A DNA stretch of 64,000 nt, taken from contig CP142728.1 of assembly GCA_036630325.1 (NCBI GenBank), forward strand, positions 124,001 to 188,000, written 5' to 3'. The notes under the pieces are model-generated. The model saw only the letters and a program-made list of their open reading frames with translations, had not been told where the DNA came from and did no database searches. The stretch comes from Vairimorpha necatrix (Eukaryota). Below are positions 49,613-60,649 of the stretch, piece after piece. Every line of letters begins with the position of its first letter. The first letter of the stretch is position 1. Both the position numbers and the translations under genes were made by a program.

Positions 49613-51094
49613 TTATAAGATATTCTTAAATATTTCATAACAATAAAGTGGCTTAATTTCTATTTGGTCAATATCTCGTCCTTTTAAATCTTCCTCTAGA
49701 GCATTTTCTTCATTAAATCTAAATGTCTCTGTAAAATCAATATCATAAAAAGACTGAAGTTTACTAATTATCCTTTTTATTACTGGATTATACCTAAGAC
49801 ACCCAAATATCAAAAATCTCTCTAAAATCAAATGTACTCTTTTTACTGGTTGTTTAATTTTAATAAATAATTTATCTACTACTTCTTCTATTAATTTCAT
49901 TTTTGTTATATCCAAATTTGTATTAAAAACAAACAAAATCTCATACAAAGCTTGTACCAATTTCTTAAAATCATATCTATAAGATTCATAAATATCTAAT
50001 ACTGTCAAAATACAATATAATTTCTCTTCATAATTACTAATATTTAGACTATCATTTAATAAAACATAAAGTCCTTCATAAAATTCTTTTCTTATAAATT
50101 TCTTATACTTTTTTAAGCCTATAAAAGTATATTTATATTTCTGCTTAATTTTGTCTCTTAATATTAAGAAATATAATCTTTGTAAACTGTCTACTATTTT
50201 TCTATGTATTACAAATCCATCTTGTTTTTCTTCTTGATTTTTCTCTTTTCTTCTTTCTTCTTCAATTTGTCGTCTCTTTTTTTCTAATTTTCTTTCTTGT
50301 TTTTTAAAAGATCTTTTTATTTTAAAAAATTTGTCTTTTGGTTTTTCAGTTTCTTCTTCTAAGAAATCTTTTAGTAAATTTATTTCTAATAAAAATGACA
50401 AAACTTCAGGATGAAATTGTGTCTCATACATTTGATTTACAATACAAAATATGAGATCTCCATTTTTATCTTCATTTATAATATTTTTCAATGTATTTAA
50501 GCATACATTACTAATGTTATCTGTTCTTGTATTATTGTTATCTGTAATTATATCTGTAATGATATCTGTTTTATTTATATTATCTGTTCTTGTATTATTG
50601 TTATCTGTAATGATATCTGTTTTATTAATATTGTTATCTGTAATATTATATTCTGCTTTTACATTACTATTGTTATCTGTTTTTGTAATATCTGTTTTTA
50701 TTATTGTTCCTTTTAATATTTTCTTAATTATTATATCTATAAAATTGAAATGTTCAAAATGTGCCATAATTTCTGATGCTATAATATAAGTTATAAAAGA
50801 CGTGTCACTGCATAAAGTATTAATAAATAAAGAATACATTTTCAATATTGTCTTATCCCCTTCTGTGATTTCTAAATCATCTTTTTTATATTTGACTTTG
50901 TCTTTTAGAGTTCTAATTTTGTACAATGGAATAATACTCTTAAATACCTTTAGTAGAGAAATGTAAATGACTGCTTTTTCTTTCTCATTTTCTGTTTTTA
51001 TGTTTAGTATTGTTTTTATTTTTTTTATGTTTTTTTCTGGTTCAGTTATTATGCTTTTGCATGAAACTGCGATTTCTTTTATGTTCATTTGCAT
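49613..51094 (-). CDS. NOC3: Nucleolar complex protein Noc3
   Basis: ISLLKVFKSIIPLYKIR (cf. SLxxVFKDIIPGYxIR), HFNF and a basic coiled coil. Contains an in-frame minisatellite. Confidence 0.8.
   Translation of the reverse strand: MQMNIKEIAVSCKSIITEPEKNIKKIKTILNIKTENEKEKAVIYISLLKVFKSIIPLYKIRTLKDKVKYKKDDLEITEGDKTILKMYSLFINTLCSDTSFITYIIASEIMAHFEHFNFIDIIIKKILKGTIIKTDITKTDNNSNVKAEYNITDNNINKTDIITDNNNTRTDNINKTDIITDIITDNNNTRTDNISNVCLNTLKNIINEDKNGDLIFCIVNQMYETQFHPEVLSFLLEINLLKDFLEEETEKPKDKFFKIKRSFKKQERKLEKKRRQIEEERRKEKNQEEKQDGFVIHRKIVDSLQRLYFLILRDKIKQKYKYTFIGLKKYKKFIRKEFYEGLYVLLNDSLNISNYEEKLYCILTVLDIYESYRYDFKKLVQALYEILFVFNTNLDITKMKLIEEVVDKLFIKIKQPVKRVHLILERFLIFGCLRYNPVIKRIISKLQSFYDIDFTETFRFNEENALEEDLKGRDIDQIEIKPLYCYEIFKNIL
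50515..50700 (-). repeat. In-frame coding minisatellite in NOC3 (TDNN/TDII units)
   Basis: Repeated ttatctgt units encode KTDITKTDNN...TDNINKTDIITDIITDNNNTRTDN. Confidence 0.85.
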
Positions 51095-51316
51095 AAACGG
51101 GCCAAAAAAAAAGAAAAAATTTATTTTAAAAAAAATGTAAAATTTATTTTAGATGTAAATAATTATTTAAAAATTATGTAAAAACAAGATCTATAAGTAA
51201 TAAAAAGATGTCAAGTAGATCTTAATTAGGCTTACATCTAAAAAGTCTTACTGTAAAATAAGTGTCTTACTTTACATTCTGATAAAATCTTATTATGTTT
51301 TTTTTTCTTTGCCCTT

Positions 51317-52012
51317 ATGATCGCCGTAGTAGACACTTGTTATTTCTTGAGACGTGGCACAATTTCCCAAAACATAAATAAAATTATCATCCCAGACTCA
51401 GTAAAAAGAGAATTAATAAATGATCAAAGTAAAGAATTCTACAATTTATACAAATTTATGATAGAAATAAGAAACCCATCTTCTTCTTACATTGACCAGA
51501 TACATAAATTAAACGAAAAAATGCATTTTAATTTAAGCCAAGCAGACGTAGAAGTCTCTGCTTTGACTTTGGAACTCCATGAAATATTTTGTAATACTTG
51601 GGTAGACAAAACAAATATAAATGATCTAGAAGATGTCACTTGTCTGACACTAGACAATGGAATAAAACAATGTCTAAGATATCTCAATTTATATGAAGAT
51701 AATCAATTTATTTCTAAGAAATTTAAAATGAGATGTTTCGCGTGTTTCTCAACTTATGAGGAGAAAATAGATTTCTGTAAAAAATGTGGATTAAACACAA
51801 TTTCAAGAGTCTCTGTCGTAGTGGATGAAAATAATAAAGAGAAATTGTTATTAAAGAAAAATTACAAATTTCAGCCTAAAATATTGTACGGGGCAAAAGG
51901 AGTGGAAATAAAAAGCAGTGGGCAAAGGGAATATGAACAATTTATAAAAATGAAAGGATATAAAAATAAAAAGAAACCTCTGACAGAAGTATTAGGAGAT
52001 TTAAATGATTAA
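51317..52012 (+). CDS. NOB1: 20S pre-rRNA endonuclease Nob1
   Basis: PIN domain VVDT...LSQAD...CLTLDNG and zinc ribbon RCFACF...FCKKCG. Confidence 0.9.
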   Translation: MIAVVDTCYFLRRGTISQNINKIIIPDSVKRELINDQSKEFYNLYKFMIEIRNPSSSYIDQIHKLNEKMHFNLSQADVEVSALTLELHEIFCNTWVDKTNINDLEDVTCLTLDNGIKQCLRYLNLYEDNQFISKKFKMRCFACFSTYEEKIDFCKKCGLNTISRVSVVVDENNKEKLLLKKNYKFQPKILYGAKGVEIKSSGQREYEQFIKMKGYKNKKKPLTEVLGDLND

Positions 52013-52207
52013 AAATTAATAAATAACGAATTATCTATTCTTAATAAATAATTTAAATCTTAAGATTTATTAAACAAATTATTAATAAAAGAACGGTAGC
52101 ATAAAAAAAATAATTAATGCATAAAAACAGCATAATAAAATATGCAGGATAAAAAACAGCATAAAAAAGTTATGCATAAAAAACACTGTGAGATAATAAA
52201 TGATAAT

Positions 52208-52366
52208 TTAATAAATCTTGAGTTTCTTCGCTCTCCAGTGTCTTCTCTTCATGTTATATTTATCTTTAAATTCTGGTAATTCACTCTTCCATGCTGGTAT
52301 AGCTCTATTACTGCGTCTTGCTCTGACTAACCTAGTCTTAATTATTTCAGTTTTTCGGGATCCCAT
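52208..52366 (-). CDS. RPL39: 60S ribosomal protein eL39 (52 aa; below the ORF-track cutoff)
   Basis: CCCCTAAAA-ATG then [52 protein letters not shown], with the eL39 NRxIPxW and YNxKRRHWR motifs. Confidence 0.95.
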
Positions 52367-52544
52367 TTTTAGGGGATTTATTTTTTAAAAAAATAAATCT
52401 TAAATAAAATATGTCATCGTAGACTCAACTGTAACAAACAAAAGTAAATTCCAAATTTATGCAAATTTGTAGAAACAAACAAATTCATGACAAACAAATT
52501 ATGCAAAAAAAATATAAATAACTTTAAAATTTATGCCCATATAA

Positions 52545-54173
52545 ATGGTCGAAATCAAAGAAACTCATTGGGAGACCATCCAAGCGAAAACATTTACTAA
52601 ATGGTACAATGACAAATTAAAGAAAGGAGGATTTCCTCTTATACAAGACATCTATAAAGATTTACATGACGGCGTATCTCTTGGAAATTTATTAAAATGC
52701 ATTGTTTCTTCTGACATTTCTTACAATAAAAAGCCTTTTACAAGAATTCAGAAAGTAGAAAATTTAGAAATTCTTCTAAGATTTATTAAGAAACAAGGAC
52801 TTAGTCTTATAAATATTGGACCTGAAGATATTGTAGATTGTAATAAGAAACTTATTCTTGGATTAGTATGGACTTTAATTTCTAAATTATCAATTTCAGA
52901 ATTGGGTATAGGAGATTTGAGTATGAAAGAAGAACTTTTAAGATGGTGTAGAGAAGCTACAAAAGATTATAAAAATGTAAATATAATTGATTTATCAAGA
53001 AGTTGGCAAGATGGTTTAGGATTTAATGCTTTAATTCATAAATTTAGACCAGATTTAGTACCAAATTATGAAGAATTAAGAAAAGAAGATATTTATAATA
53101 ATTTAGAACAAGCTTTTGATATTGCAGAAAGGAAACTTCAAATACCAAAATTACTTGATGTTGAAGATGTAGCAGATGTTGTAAGACCAGATGAGAAAAT
53201 AATGATAACTTATTTATCAGAATATTATAAGAAGTTTTATCAATCAGAAAAAGATAAAATTTCTAAAAATGTACTAAACAGTTTATTAAACAAAATTGAG
53301 TGGTCATTACAAAGTAGAAATTTCTATGAAATTAAAGCTAGAAGTTTTTTAAATAAACAGAAGATTTATCAAGAGAAGAAAAAAGAATTAGATGAAGAAA
53401 TCTTAAAGATTTCTTCATTACAAAATGAATTACAGAATATTAATAGTACTTTATCAAAAGATTATTTAAATTTACAGAGTACTTTAGAAGAAATTAATTT
53501 GTTACATAATTTTTACAATATTAAGGAATATTCACCCCCTTCAGAAATCTCAATTGATAAGATTAATTTTAAATATGAAGATTTAAAATTAAATTTAATT
53601 AATAAATTTAAGATTGAGACATTAGAAAACGAAGAAGAAAAAATAAATGAAGAAATTAAACAAATGAAGATTATTTTATTACATCAAGAAAATATAAATA
53701 AGAGATTTAATATTGTCAATGACAAAGTAAATTCAAATAATAATTTTATTAATGAAGATTTGAAAAATGATTATAAAAATTTACAAGAAGTTTTAGTTCA
53801 ATTTGCCGAATTTTTAAATTTCTTGAATAATGAGAATTTAATAAAAGAGAACACGCTTAATAAAGCGATTAGGATTTTTGATAATTCAGGAAAAGAAATG
53901 TCACTTAAAGATTTTAAGAATTTAGTATCTAAATTGGGAATTTATATTGATGAGAATTTTATAAATAAGGAAGTATTAAATAGAGAAGAATTTATTGATA
54001 CAGTGAAATATTTATTAATAAAGTCTTATGATTCTGTAATAATTCAGAAGGCTTTTGAGGCATTAAAAGATGAGACAGAATTAAATGAGAAAGATCATAA
54101 GAATTTATTGTGTTATAATGGAAAAAATACGAGTATAAGTTTGACTAAATTAGTAAATGAATTTCTTAAATAA
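52545..54173 (+). CDS. Alpha-actinin-like actin cross-linker
   Basis: Tandem CH domains (IQAKTFTKWYN, NIGPEDIVD, LILGLVWTLI, SWQDGLGFNALIH, RPDEKIMITY), a short rod and a degenerate EF-hand tail. Confidence 0.9.
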   Translation: MVEIKETHWETIQAKTFTKWYNDKLKKGGFPLIQDIYKDLHDGVSLGNLLKCIVSSDISYNKKPFTRIQKVENLEILLRFIKKQGLSLINIGPEDIVDCNKKLILGLVWTLISKLSISELGIGDLSMKEELLRWCREATKDYKNVNIIDLSRSWQDGLGFNALIHKFRPDLVPNYEELRKEDIYNNLEQAFDIAERKLQIPKLLDVEDVADVVRPDEKIMITYLSEYYKKFYQSEKDKISKNVLNSLLNKIEWSLQSRNFYEIKARSFLNKQKIYQEKKKELDEEILKISSLQNELQNINSTLSKDYLNLQSTLEEINLLHNFYNIKEYSPPSEISIDKINFKYEDLKLNLINKFKIETLENEEEKINEEIKQMKIILLHQENINKRFNIVNDKVNSNNNFINEDLKNDYKNLQEVLVQFAEFLNFLNNENLIKENTLNKAIRIFDNSGKEMSLKDFKNLVSKLGIYIDENFINKEVLNREEFIDTVKYLLIKSYDSVIIQKAFEALKDETELNEKDHKNLLCYNGKNTSISLTKLVNEFLK

Positions 54174-54389
54174 ACTAGTAATTAATTAAAAAAACAAACA
54201 AAGTTTATTTCACATATATAAATATATGCATAAAATGATATATGTAAATTTATTAAAATTAATTTATTTATGCATTATTAATTTATTTATGCATAAAATG
54301 AAATATATATAAATTTATTAAAATTAATTTAATAATACATGAGTAAATTAATATAATTGCATAAGTAAATTAATATTGTTTTTTGTTTT

Positions 54390-54677
54390 TTATATATTTG
54401 TGATGAATTCATCTACCTCCTTAAAAAATTGTACTAAATTTGACTTGTCAATTTCTTCTAAGGAAATCCAAGTCCTTTTTAGTAGAAATTTCACGCAGTT
54501 TTTCTTTAAAAATATGTGCTCATTATTCTTCATGATTTTCCCTTCTAGTTCCCTGTTATAAGTGTCTAGTATTTTAAAGAATATGCTTAATTCTTCATTG
54601 GTCATGTTATTTAAGACTGACGCTTTTATGTCTTCCTTGTTAGAAATTTCAACAATTTCTCTAAATTCTTTAGACAT
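54390..54677 (-). CDS. Hypothetical protein
   Basis: Start MSKEFRE after GACCCTTTTAAAA; 95 aa; no recognised motif. Confidence 0.6.
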   Translation of the reverse strand: MSKEFREIVEISNKEDIKASVLNNMTNEELSIFFKILDTYNRELEGKIMKNNEHIFLKKNCVKFLLKRTWISLEEIDKSNLVQFFKEVDEFITNI

Positions 54678-54708
54678 TTTTAAAAGGGTCAAATTTAGGT
54701 TAAAAACT

Positions 54709-55590
54709 TTATTTGAAATAATGTTGTATTGTAAATACAGATTTGTTATATCTTTTATCTTTCTCTAATACACATAAGAAATCTTTCATGTTTATATTTC
54801 TCCCTTGAACTTTCTTCTCAATATTTTTATCATCATAAGGCGAATAAATCGACTTAAACTTCGTTATATTTCTATTCATGGCCACTTCTTCCCCGCTCAT
54901 CCAACTCTTCTGCTGGACACCAAGTGCCTGCATAGCCACAGTATTGCTCAGTTTCTTCTTTACTACCAAATCTTCTCTCTCTTGAATATTCTTCTTTTTC
55001 GTCTTTTTATCTTCATTTTGCTTCAGATTTAACTTCTCTAACTCGCTCTTCTCAATTTGCTCAAGGCACCAAAGTTGTCTAGCCAAATCATTTTTAATTT
55101 GTAAATTCTTGTTTAACAAACTGTAATCTACTCGTATTTTACTCATCTCGTCCATCTTATCAGTAAACTCAATCAGCTTCCTCTTTAATATCAGAAAGAG
55201 TAAACTGTAAACATCTTCACTGACTAATAATTTCCTATTCTTGGCTAGTCTCTGGACATATTCTTTAAATAATTTAACATTTAAAAGAGAATGTAATTGA
55301 CCCTCAGGATCCTCTGAGTCATCATTGGCATAAGAAAGATTGTATTCCATGATCTTCTCATTTTCTTCTTTAAGATCTACACCAGAATACTGGAGAATAT
55401 CGTCAATATGCTCAGTCTTAATTTCAGTATTTCTAGGGAATAAATTGGCATATTCTTCGGGATTGAGAATGTCTTTACAAATATTAAAAAAATCAGTGGG
55501 ACTAATTTGCTTATTACTGGCAGCATAATAAGCATCTTCAATCTTCCTCTTTTTGTAATCAGCCAGCATATCAAATGTCTCCTTGTTCAT
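54709..55590 (-). CDS. TAF4: TFIID subunit Taf4
   Basis: DDILQYSGVDLKEE, a histone-fold region, SNTVAMQALG and RNINMKDFLCVLEKD..Y.KS (conserved C-terminal domain). Confidence 0.85.
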   Translation of the reverse strand: MNKETFDMLADYKKRKIEDAYYAASNKQISPTDFFNICKDILNPEEYANLFPRNTEIKTEHIDDILQYSGVDLKEENEKIMEYNLSYANDDSEDPEGQLHSLLNVKLFKEYVQRLAKNRKLLVSEDVYSLLFLILKRKLIEFTDKMDEMSKIRVDYSLLNKNLQIKNDLARQLWCLEQIEKSELEKLNLKQNEDKKTKKKNIQEREDLVVKKKLSNTVAMQALGVQQKSWMSGEEVAMNRNITKFKSIYSPYDDKNIEKKVQGRNINMKDFLCVLEKDKRYNKSVFTIQHYFK

Positions 55591-55618
55591 CAAGGGGATA
55601 AAAGAGAAACAGAAAAAA

Positions 55619-55682
55619 ATGTGAAGTATGTAAAATAGATGTGAAGTATGTAAAAAAAATGTGAAGTATGTAAAATAGATGT
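55619..55682. repeat. 20-bp tandem repeat, 3 copies
   Basis: atgtgaagtatgtaaaatag / atgtgaagtatgtaaaaaaa units. Confidence 0.85.
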
Positions 55683-55979
55683 TATTGTAATATCATATAT
55701 ATAAAAAACACGAGAACCAATTATAAATATGTATGATTAATATATATTAGGCTATGATTATATATAACACAATTAAATTTTGTATATGTAGCCTTTAATT
55801 TGTTTGTGTAAAACAAACAAACTTGCATTTAAAATTATAAATAAATTTTTATTGCATAAATAAATAATCAAAAAAAAATTTATACATTGGAGATCGAAAA
55901 TTATGTTATTACATAAAAAGGGGTATATATATTTAAGAAAATATTCTGATTGTAAAAAAACAACTTTGAGCAATTTCCA

Positions 55980-57070
55980 AATGATGAAAACACCTTATGT
56001 GTCTTAGATGTGCATCTAATCATGTGGATGAAAACTCTCAATTAGAAAACTTCAACGCTAAAATAAGTTTTTAGAGATTTACGAAAAACACGGACCTCTA
56101 CGATAGGCTTTAAACTAGAAAAATTTAACAACCCCTAAAAAATCCGAGACTATACATTTTTTCTTCTACTGAAGCAACTATGGCCTTTATTCAAAAACAT
56201 AATTTATTGTAAAATTCCAACCTTTATTTTTGAATGTTTTGATAAAATGGGTATGCCAGCACGATGCTACGTATTGTAACAGTTTTAGATTTCTAAATTT
56301 TCGAGTAGAAAATCGTAGCCAGTTTTTCGAAGGTTTAAAATATCAAATTTAAAGGTAGGCATATTTGAGTCTTTATTAATGCATTCATGGTTAGAAAAAA
56401 TCATCAGTATATATTAACAAATATACTATTGTTTCCCGCCTCCTAAAAAGGTCAATAAAAGAGGTAATTTATCTATATAATAAAATAACATTGAAGGCAA
56501 TATGGCTCGATAGCCCAATAAAAGTGGATGAGAGTGTTATAATAAAAAGAGATTTGTAAAATCTCCAACAAAAAAGTATGATTCAAGTACTAAAGCGACT
56601 AGGTTTTTGCATTGTTGAAAAAAAACAAAAACAGATTTATAGAGTAATACCAAATCTAAAATATAACTTTCCTTGACCTTTTTTAGATTTATGAACCTCA
56701 ATTCATAAATTTATAGACACTGGTCTTACCCATACGCTGCCTCTGGGATTAATGGAGAACATAAAATCGCAAATCAAAAAGAATAATTGCCTAATATTGG
56801 TGGGTGCATCATTTACTGGAATGTGAGTGATATCATATCAAATTCGATATTAACCCGTGGAAAACAATAAGAAACTTAAGTCTTAGACCACGAAGAATAA
56901 TATATTTGCAACAGATTAAAAAAAAGCTTACGATTCTGATACTTATAGTAGCGCTTTTATAACTTTTTAGAAAGATTTCATTTCAAAAAGCTTTATGATT
57001 CTTCTAATTATTTTTATAAGATCTATCAAGAAAAAAACAGCCCCCTTCGGGAAATATCCCTATTGCCGTA
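55980..57070 (+). pseudogene. Degenerate ISXO2/Merlin-like transposase remnant
   Basis: Fragments CLRCAS, PIKVDESVIIKR (cf. VQIDES), YPYAA, EHKIANQKE (cf. HxxVNH) and a W-K-containing NxIExxW-like block, in the expected order. Boundaries are approximate. Confidence 0.55.
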
Positions 57071-57669
57071 AACACAATCTAAACCCGAAATCTCTTCATA
57101 ATGCTACTTATTGTACGTAGCACTAAATGGATTACTAAAAGACTAAGTCGTGTGCACTGTCCGTCATTTAGTTCTGCCGAATTTAATGACTTACGAATCA
57201 GAGCAAAGATATCGTAGGCGCGAAGATCATAATTCTGTAACATGCCGACGGAAACTTGTAAGAGACAAGAGGTCAACACATTCCATAAATTGCTTAGGTT
57301 TTAGAGGCGTAGTTTGTGTACAAATTGATGATGATTTTATAGACATTTCATGTCATTACTTTGATGTCCCTACTGGAATAAATCGTGCATGTAATATAAT
57401 TACTGTGAATCTGTCTAGATGCGATCTGAAGTATTAAAAAATTTATTTGGACTAGGTCCAATGGATTATTGCAGACCTCGAAGCTCCAGCAAATATAGTA
57501 GAGAAAAGCTTGACCAGAATTTAGAATATAATTCCTATCTAATCACCAGTCATAGATTCCTATTACAAGGTGGTTTCTACCTTCCCCAGCTTGCGCAAGA
57601 TATTTAACTTTTAGCCGTTAAATAAATTTAAATTTGCACATTTATAAGTAATATATAGATTAATATTAT

Positions 57670-58974
57670 TTAATATATTAATAATGTGCGCAGATATGTT
57701 ATGTCATGTCCGCTACTACTCAGTGCTTCTTCATTTGTCTCTAAATATTCTTGACTGTCTTTTTCATTTATCTGTTTTATTATCAAATATGACGCCAGTC
57801 CTATTTCATCAATATTCTTCATCTTGTCTTTAATGAAATCCATGATTGTATCAGAGCTCTCAGTACTACCAAATAGCCTGATACTATTTAGAGCAAGTAT
57901 TCCCATATACAGAATCTTACATCCTGTAAGATTCTTAGATAATTCTTCCAATATAAAAGTATTATAAACATAATCCCAGTCTAGAAAATGACACAAAGAT
58001 CTCAGTGAATAAATATACTGATAAATGTCAGTATTAAACTTGTATTTACTAAACACAGGTATATCAACTTTAATACCAGACAAAACTTCTTCTAGTGGTT
58101 TAGTACATTTGAAACTTAACAAATTCTTAATATAAGTCAAACTTGTCCCAATAATCTTCTTACTTTTATGAATTTCCAAATCTACCAAATATTGGTAAGA
58201 TAAAATGCTATGAATCGTAGAATAAAAGACACCAGAGTCTGTTATTTGATTATTCAAAATACAAAACGAGTAAAAAATAAGTTTAGAAAAATCTTGAACA
58301 TACAAAATTATATCGTGAATAATAACAAATTTCTCTGTATCTGTAAATTCAGTACTTAGAACTAATAATGTAGAACACACATTAGAAAAAGATAACTTGT
58401 TTATGTTTAAAATCAAATATTTCAAGATTTTGTTCTTATTTTCTTGTAAATATTTTTTTACATTTTTGCTGTGAGAAATCTTTTGGATTTCAAAAGATTT
58501 CTGAGTGTAAGTTTCAGTGCAAAAATCTATAAATTCGTCAAAATAAGAATTTTCTTTAAAAACGCGGACTATTTTTTTACGACCGAAAAATGTCTCGAGA
58601 TCTTCTTTGAGTCTAAATTTGTAAGACCAAGGAAGATCGGACTTTATATTTTCTTTCTGGATTTCATTTTTGATAAAAGATTTTTCTATTTTATTTGGAA
58701 TTAATTCATCTGCAATAATTTCTTGAGATAAATTTGAATTTTGGATTTTATTCAAAACAGAATCTTGAGAAGGATTCTTGAAATCTTGAAGTTTAAAAGT
58801 ATCGTCTTGAGGTTTACATGTATCTTCTTGTTTATTTATAATTAAATCTTCGTTTTCATTTGTTTTTCGTCTTTTTATATCTTTAAGAAGTGCGTTGATC
58901 AAAATGTCTTTATCTTCTAGAATTTCTTCTAATTCGTTGATCTTTTTTCTAAGTCTAGAAATTTCATCATTCAT
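57670..58974 (-). CDS. Hypothetical protein with an N-terminal coiled coil and a helical C-terminal domain
   Basis: 434-aa ORF with ACCCTTTT upstream. LRSLCHFLDWDYVYN is weakly reminiscent of ICE1-type C-terminal domains. Confidence 0.75.
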   Translation of the reverse strand: MNDEISRLRKKINELEEILEDKDILINALLKDIKRRKTNENEDLIINKQEDTCKPQDDTFKLQDFKNPSQDSVLNKIQNSNLSQEIIADELIPNKIEKSFIKNEIQKENIKSDLPWSYKFRLKEDLETFFGRKKIVRVFKENSYFDEFIDFCTETYTQKSFEIQKISHSKNVKKYLQENKNKILKYLILNINKLSFSNVCSTLLVLSTEFTDTEKFVIIHDIILYVQDFSKLIFYSFCILNNQITDSGVFYSTIHSILSYQYLVDLEIHKSKKIIGTSLTYIKNLLSFKCTKPLEEVLSGIKVDIPVFSKYKFNTDIYQYIYSLRSLCHFLDWDYVYNTFILEELSKNLTGCKILYMGILALNSIRLFGSTESSDTIMDFIKDKMKNIDEIGLASYLIIKQINEKDSQEYLETNEEALSSSGHDITYLRTLLIY

Positions 58975-59159
58975 AAAAGGGTCAAAAAATTGGAAGTTAC
59001 AACAAGATTTTTATAATAAGTTTTTTTTATAATAGGTTTTTTAAAATAAGTTTTTTAACAAGATGTTTTTTTTACAAGAAGTTTTTATAAAGAGTTTTTA
59101 TAAATGGCACTTTATTTTTTAATTTTATTTTTTTTATTAATTTATAACTTACTACGGAA

Positions 59160-60230
59160 TTAATTAAATATGAAATATAAATATGATAAATGTGTAATTT
59201 CACACACATAAACCATAAATTCCTCATTTTCAATTACACTTCCTTCAGAATATAACTGATTAACTTTCTTTAATCTTTTTTCTATTTCTAAATCCAAAGT
59301 TTGTACCATTTTAAAATGAAATTTCTCATTAAATTTCCACGTATCCCCGCCTTCTGTAAAAATTATTTTAAATTTCATCAATTTAAACATTTTTTCTTTA
59401 AAATTTTTCATTAGGCAAAATTTTGACACGTCACTGTCTTTTAATATTTTCAAATCTTTAAATAAATTGAAAATTCTATATTCTTCTACGAATAACTTGG
59501 ACATTTCTTCGTTTCTCAATAATAATTTACTATCTCCTTGTACATATTTGTCATTTTCTATATCTTTTTTTATAACTTGAAAATTTATTAAATATTTTAA
59601 ATATTCTTCAATATTATTTATCTCATTAATATACGAGATTCCATCTTTAATTAGAATAGAACTACTTTCTAAATTGTTTAATACTTCTTTAATTGTTATT
59701 ATCTGACACTTACAAACAGATTTATAGATTTCTGACATAGACTTGGAATATCTAGTATTTACTAACTTGATAATGTACAAATCTAGTAAAGACTTGTCTA
59801 ATTTCTCATAATTAACAGTAAACAAATTCGTCTTAGTCCTTTTAATATTATTTATAGATGATAAATTAATTATAAAATCATCTTTATAAATTTCAATATT
59901 TGTATTATTAAGTTTATAAGTACCGGAAAGCAGAATAGTAAAGAAAAACTTATAATTAGTCAAATCATACTTATTTTTAATATAAGAAAGATACAAATTG
60001 AAAAATAATCTTCTATTTCCAAGAAACTTGTAATAATAAGTAGAATCAAGTTTATAATAAGAAACAATATTTCTTTGTATGAGAAGAGACAACCCTTGAT
60101 AAATCAAAGATAAGTTTATTTGATTATTTCCTTGGTGGATTTGGGATATGGTACTATTATTTTTATGGGACAAGTATGTGCATATTGTGTAACAAACTGT
60201 GCCGTAATCTTTATATAATTCTGATATCAT
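59160..60230 (-). CDS. RPC82: RNA polymerase III subunit RPC3/Rpc82 (reduced)
   Basis: LYKDYGTVCYTICTYL...STISQI...IYQGLSLLIQRNIV extended winged-helix start, and IIKLVNTRYS. Confidence 0.75.
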   Translation of the reverse strand: MISELYKDYGTVCYTICTYLSHKNNSTISQIHQGNNQINLSLIYQGLSLLIQRNIVSYYKLDSTYYYKFLGNRRLFFNLYLSYIKNKYDLTNYKFFFTILLSGTYKLNNTNIEIYKDDFIINLSSINNIKRTKTNLFTVNYEKLDKSLLDLYIIKLVNTRYSKSMSEIYKSVCKCQIITIKEVLNNLESSSILIKDGISYINEINNIEEYLKYLINFQVIKKDIENDKYVQGDSKLLLRNEEMSKLFVEEYRIFNLFKDLKILKDSDVSKFCLMKNFKEKMFKLMKFKIIFTEGGDTWKFNEKFHFKMVQTLDLEIEKRLKKVNQLYSEGSVIENEEFMVYVCEITHLSYLYFIFN

Positions 60231-60649
60231 CAAGAAAGGGGAAGAAAATTGAACAAGAATTTGTTTGTTTCATACTATAAATATTAATAATTAGCATAAA
60301 CAGAAATTTAGTAGACGACAAAGAGAAAAAAGTGAAATTTATCAATGATGTCTTATTTAATCAGAACTATTGTAAAGACAATAAGTTCATATTTTAGAGC
60401 ATTAAGAAAGAAATAACAAAGATGAGTAAGTGTAACACATGTCAAATATAACGATGCCCACATTGAAACATTAGACATATTTATTTAAATATTCTAAAAT
60501 TGAATAATTCCATGTTTTCATTCCAACAATAACAATTTACTCAAAAATCGAATTAGAGTTTAAAAAAAAAAAAATTTATGGTTAAAATATAAGGCAATAT
60601 TACCTTCATCTGAGAATAGGACAAACATGGTCAAAACAAAACATTATAT

